A DNA stretch of 64,000 nt from positions 2,852,001-2,916,000 of the forward strand of contig CM060731.1 in NCBI GenBank assembly GCA_030704615.1, read 5' to 3'. Positions 59,101-64,000 of the stretch are shown piece by piece. The notes beneath the pieces are model-generated. The model had not been told where the DNA came from and did no database searches. It saw only the letters and a list, made by a program, of their open reading frames with translations. The position numbers and the translations under genes were made by a program. The stretch comes from Takakia lepidozioides. Lineage: Eukaryota > Plantae > Bryophyta. How positions within the stretch are numbered: position 1 is the stretch's first letter; every line of letters begins with the position of its first letter.

Positions 59101-60563
59101 AGTACATTCTCTCTCTCAGCCTGAAGGCAATATCCATTTCCTGATACTTTGTCCCGGATATTCTCACCAGAGAGTTTCCCTCTTCAGGATGATCAAGAAC
59201 ATTGTTCCTGCATCTCTGTTGACCAACTTAATCTTGAGGCTGAGCCAAAAGCCCCGGGCCTGTTGGGGTCTAATTGCCGGGCAGCTCACACACAGCAGGT
59301 TGATGCCTGTGGGAAGGGTTTTCCAGAGGATATCTGGGAAGCCCAAACTAATTGTCTATACCTTGGTTAGTGCCACTGTCGGAGTGAGCCACTCACAAAG
59401 GTAGTGTCTGTTCCCTTCTGCTCCTCCTAAACGGGGTGTGTGGTCTATGGCCACAAGGCTACAGCTTGGGAGGCTGAAGTGAAGGCTATGTTGGAAGCAT
59501 AAAGAATGTCTGAACAAAACAAAGTTAGGCATAAACTTCCCTGCTTTTGTACATGGGTGAAGACCTTAAAGATACCCTGAAGGGCCTACCTGCCCTTGGC
59601 ACTAGACTGAAATTTAAACTTGGGGCGGGCAGTCTGCCTTGAACAAAAAACAGATGCAGAGAGGAAAGGAGATTGCCTGTGTCCGATGTGGAGGTGGCCT
59701 GAAGACCATATCCATTTTCTGATACAATGTCTGGGGTACTCTTATCAGAGAGCGACCCTCTTCAGGACCAGCAAGAACTTAGTCATGCACCTCTGTTCAG
59801 TAGCTTCCAAAATATGAAGTCTTTGCCCTCTTGGGGTCGAAGTGCTCGGCAGATCACACACAGCAGGTTGATGCTTGTGTGAAGGGCTTTCTGTAGGACT
59901 GGAAAGCCCGAACAAATTGTTTATATCAAGGTAAGTCCCACTACTGAGTGAGCCCTCACAAAACTAGTCTCTTCCCTCTTGTTCCACCCAAACTCGGCAG
60001 AAGAGGGTCTATGGCCAAAAGGCTAAGGCAAACATCCTCTCCACCCTTTAACTAATCCCATATCCTGTGGCCTGGAACTGGACAAACCCAATCCAGGAGG
60101 ATTTGTCCCCCACGAGGACTACGCTGTCTCTTGCAGTGTACCACTTAGCTAGTGTCAACACTTGTCTCATAATACAATGTCAATGCTAGCACCCAATTCT
60201 CTTATGGCTGTTTCAATTTTGGCCAAGTGTCCGAGCCAACTTCTGTAATCAATGCTAGGAGCTTGCTTTCTTCTCTTCCCACCCTTTTTGCATTTAGGTG
60301 TGATGTTATGCTTACAAGAAGCCTTTCACTCTCCAGCTCCATGGTACTTTCGTGGCATTTTTGGTGCAGGTGTGTTCATGGCCATCTCGTCAAATACAAG
60401 ATACCAAGTTATCAATGGTCTAGAACGGGTTGTTGAGAGCTCAGCACTGACGAAGAGGATACCTCCAGTTGCACTCGCGTTCACAGTTGGAATTCGTTTT
60501 GCAAACAACATCTATGGTGGCATGCAGTTTGTTGACTGGGCTCGGTTGGCTGGCGTGCAGTAA
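56200..60563 (+). CDS. RE: RETICULATA-family chloroplast envelope protein (DUF3411), 7 exons
   Basis: Transit-like N-terminus and Gly-rich linker, then LPADMAEAA..GIRKLLLSRYLDLQ, LRNRMVADPSFLFK, IDSGCATFAEVQKRGKDFWNEFELY, CGIVGQGIA and FMAISSNTRYQVINGLE...RFANNIYGGMQFVDWARLAGVQ. Confidence 0.93.
59050..60035 (+). mobile_element. Three head-to-tail 3' fragments of the PTOX-intron LINE family in the last RETICULATA intron
   Basis: ~59050-59120 is tail only (cgcggtcaat..aaggctatggcaa..gagtacattctctc). The pieces at ~59121-59465 and ~59470-60035 each end in ggtctatggccaNaaggcta and align with the reverse complement of 35715-36320. Confidence 0.85.
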
Positions 60564-61553
60564 GCATGTTCCTCCCACCCTTTAAGTCACTACTTCGAGA
60601 AGAAACTCAGGTTGCTATCTAGCCAAGTTTTAGTGCTATTTCACCTCCTGGGTTTGCAATTTTGTCATGGTTCAGTCACAGTTAGTGAACAGGACCTGCC
60701 TGGTCCTATCATGGAGATAAGCTTCTTCTCGGAAGCTTCCATCCGGCCTTTCACATTACAAAGTCCATTTTTCAAGAATCAGCATGGGTTTATTTACTGG
60801 ATCTGTGTTTGGCTTATCAGGCGAGTTGACCCTCAATGGTTGACACAACAGTTTTCTGGCCTGGTGTTCCACAAATAAAGAGAGAAACTTTTGCTCCATG
60901 TGGCTTGGTACACTTATGGTGGCACTGTTAAGACTTCTCCCTTGCACTCAGCAATTACAAAGTATCTTCCTTTCCGAGTGGCAATCAATCATCTACAACT
61001 TTATATGATCTTGCAATGCTGAAGGAGATGTATAAGTAATCTCTATGCCCACCCAGTCTTGCACAAAGAATCCATTCAGAAAGCTTGCACCAAATAACGG
61101 GGAAGAGTGATTGATGGGCATGCATGTTGCATTGAGTTGTGCTGTGATGCTACCACAAAATGCCCTAGTCGAGGAGCATTTTTTGTTGATTGCACAACAT
61201 GGGTTCTGCAGAAGGATATGGAGAGAGGATATGAAGAACAAGGTGACAGCATTTCATACATATTTGGGTTGTGAGAAACTGTTCAAAGAACTCCCTTGAT
61301 CTGGCAGTCATTGCTGTCACATTGACTACTAGACAATCACACCAGCTTTGCCTTTTGCAGACCTTCTAAAGCCCTCCACAACAGTGTAACCTCAGCCATG
61401 GTAAAATGATGAATGATATACACAACATCATGAGATACAAAAGGGGACTGATCATTGCTTCCGGGCTAAAAGTTCGTCAGCTCAATGGCAAAACTGTAAA
61501 AATCGGTCCTTGTACCACTTGTCATCAATTGCTGCCAAGCTTGAAAGTGCCCC

Positions 61554-63855
61554 TCACTCTTCACTACCCTCGACTGGAAGCCCATCCTTAAACCAAGACC
61601 GAAGACCACCTTCCAAGTGCACAATGTTTTTGTAGCCGTCCAAGACCAGTATGTAGGCAGCTATCAAAGATCTGCCAACACCATGAATAATGTGAGCGTC
61701 ACAACCTCTCTTTCTCTCTCTAGTCAAGCCTACAATGAGTGAACATATGTTTGAGTCTCGGTGACATTGCTGCCAGCCTTGCAATCCCGGGTCTGGAGCC
61801 CCATATTGCTTGCGTATCCTCGTGATGGTAGACTCCATGCTTAGTTTGGACAAAGCAGAAGAGAGGAGAGAGGGAGCTGAGTAATCTTGGTGTGACCTAG
61901 GCCAGTGGAAGAAATATAAGGAAACACTACAATTCGACAAGCTGAAGCCTAGCGCAATTACCAATTGTGAGCTTTGTCAGTCTTCCATGAACAAGGTGTA
62001 CTATAGCCTACCCAACAGCCCTTTCCATGTTGGACACAAGGCTGAACACTAAGTTTACAGTAGACTTCACTAACTATGAACAGTACATTGAACAAAACTA
62101 GGTAAATTGAAGCTATGTACCCGAGCTAAAGACACTGTGTTTGTGGATAGGACCAGCTACCCCACAATTAAAAGCATGGTATGAAACATAAAAAGGTTGC
62201 AAGGGGACAAAAATTGTTTAACCACATGAAAGCAGGAAAAGAGTCAAGACCTAACCTGGACTGCTGCCCGTCGGCCAGGTTGGGGGTGGGCTTCATGGTG
62301 CCACCAGAGGAGCAAGCAACTATGGCTTTCGAACTCTTATCCAGCTTGGATCCCACATCTGTCAATCCACACACAGCAAAGGAAGGAAAAAGAGTGTGAG
62401 GAGGGGGTACCTTGACTCCTTGCCTTCTGAGGAGGCCTGGTTGGGTCTAGTGGAGCCCCCCATGGTGCATACTACAACAATTGGCGACTCCTTACCAAGC
62501 CTCCCCCCAACTTCTGTGCAAGGTCCAGGTTTTGCAAATTAACTCAGGGACTCCATTCTCCCCTAAAACTCTAAGCAGCATAGTCTTTCAAACAAAGCAT
62601 ACATCAGGAGTACACAGGATAGGAAATGAGAATGACTGGGTGAAAAGGTCATAGCAACCACCCTGCGGAGCTTCGGAACTCCTCCATGCTAAGAGGCAGG
62701 ACAAAGCAAGAGGCACAACTTCTCATCCTGCTGTTTGGATGCAAGGAGGGAGTGCACAGAGAGCAAGTAAATGTGGCCCTCTCCAAGCCCATAACTTTCC
62801 TGAACTTGGCAGTCCTACAAGGTGTGTCATAAGCTCCATGAGCACATTTATTAAAGCGTAGGTTCAGAACAAAGTGGCCCATCTTGGCCAAGTGCTGGGT
62901 AAGTCATTGCTAGACATCATTGTCATGATGTCTAGCAAGACATCATGACAAGAGCCCTAAACAGCTTGGTGCACCCATGCAATACAGATTGAATCCCAGC
63001 TTTGTTTCACAATTCCGGACACCACTATCCTGCTACTGCGTTTGAAAAGAAAAAGTAACTTCCTGTGTGAATGCTTGGTTCCTATCTAGTTTCCTCAAGG
63101 TAAGGATATAGAGGCTGGAACACACAATCCTAACTGCTGCCCAACTGAATTCCAGGGTAGTTGAAAGATATGAGATTTCCTGAATGCATGCTGATAGCCA
63201 ACAGAACTTGGAATTTGTAAGGCAGCCAGACATCAAACCAAGCAGTTTATATCACTTCTCCCTGTAACTCTACCATTGCCTGCTGAGAAATTCACACATG
63301 ACTTACAGTCAATTCTCAGCAGTCACACTTAGGAAGCCGTACATCTTAGTGACTGACATAAGATTGATCACAATATACTAAAACACAGTTCAAGAAACCT
63401 GCTAAGATCATCCAATCAACAGGTATTCATTATTTACAGACCTTTCAAAAACTCTGGATTCTCCTCCGTTCCTTGAAAGATCCCAAAGAAAGCAAAAGCT
63501 ACACGTCGAGCTACATCCCATGGTGTCCACTCCTTGATAAGCCGGTACAGCTGCACATTAATGGCCCCAGTTGGATGGATCTACAACCACACAATCCCCT
63601 CACTGTCATAAACGCTTCACAGCACAAAGTCTGTAGTATTAATCAGTCCTACAGATCTGCATGATCAAGGTTGCTCTTCAGTTTAGCTTTCCTGCAAACC
63701 CAAGTCACTCCATCAGTCCTCACTCTTAATGACAACTATGTAATAAGGGGTGCGATAGATACCTCAGCAAACTCACCCTCAGGACGCACATCAAGGATGG
63801 TGTAACCTTGTTCTTGCTGAAGCCGCAAGGCCTCCTTTACATTTACAGACCTCAC
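61554..63855 (-). CDS. STR14: Chloroplast rhodanese-like domain protein, STR14-like; 5' end beyond the window
   Basis: Exons 63855-63763 (VRSVNVKEALRLQQEQGYTILDVRPEGEF), 63580-63442 (HPTGAINVQLYRLIKEWTPWDVARR..FFGIFQGTEENPEFL), 62358-62256 (IVACSSGGTMKP...GQQSR) and ~61670-61554 (SLIAAY.L...GYKNIVHLEGGL..W). Confidence 0.92.
62411..62513 (-). CDS. Duplicated alternative exon of the rhodanese gene (candidate mutually exclusive exon)
   Basis: 103 nt flanked by cacag| and |gtaccc. It is open in the same phase as exon 62256-62358 and encodes EVGGRLGKESPIVVVCTMGGSTRPNQASSEGKESR. Confidence 0.8.
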
Positions 63856-64000
63856 CTGCCCAACAACAAGCCAAGCTCAAATGCATGAGTATAAATGCAT
63901 TCCAATGCCCTTCACTCTATGTAGAAAGCTACATGCTATGTGTACCGCCTGAGCCCTTTGTCCTTTCATGGGAACCTGTCAGTAGTTTACTGTACCTTGA

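Noticed and set aside
33833-63855. Functional cluster of plastid/variegation genes (PTOX, RETICULATA, STR14)
   Set aside because: Plastid-targeted genes are common and unrelated genes are interspersed. There is no evidence without synteny data.

Overview
Gene-dense nuclear DNA of a land plant, probably a seed-free lineage such as a bryophyte (inferred from gene content, not established). It holds nine intron-containing protein genes: a BODYGUARD-like alpha/beta hydrolase, a CRCK-type receptor-like cytoplasmic kinase, glutamate decarboxylase, a large coiled-coil protein, plastid terminal oxidase (PTOX/IMMUTANS), a PUB62/63-like U-box protein with a long C-terminal extension, a DDA1+SAP-domain protein, a RETICULATA-family protein and an STR14-like rhodanese that runs off the right end. 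There is also a PPR pseudogene fragment. One LINE family (APE+RT+Zn finger) is present as a near full-length copy in PTOX intron 5 plus five fragments. Other elements are a second LINE family fragment, a tRNA-derived SINE and a hAT-type MITE. The most striking observation is in the rhodanese gene: two homologous, open 103-nt exons separated by a 52-nt intron. They look like mutually exclusive exons that swap the catalytic Cys loop (CSSGGT vs CTMGGS). Exon boundaries were read by eye and may be off by a few bases.
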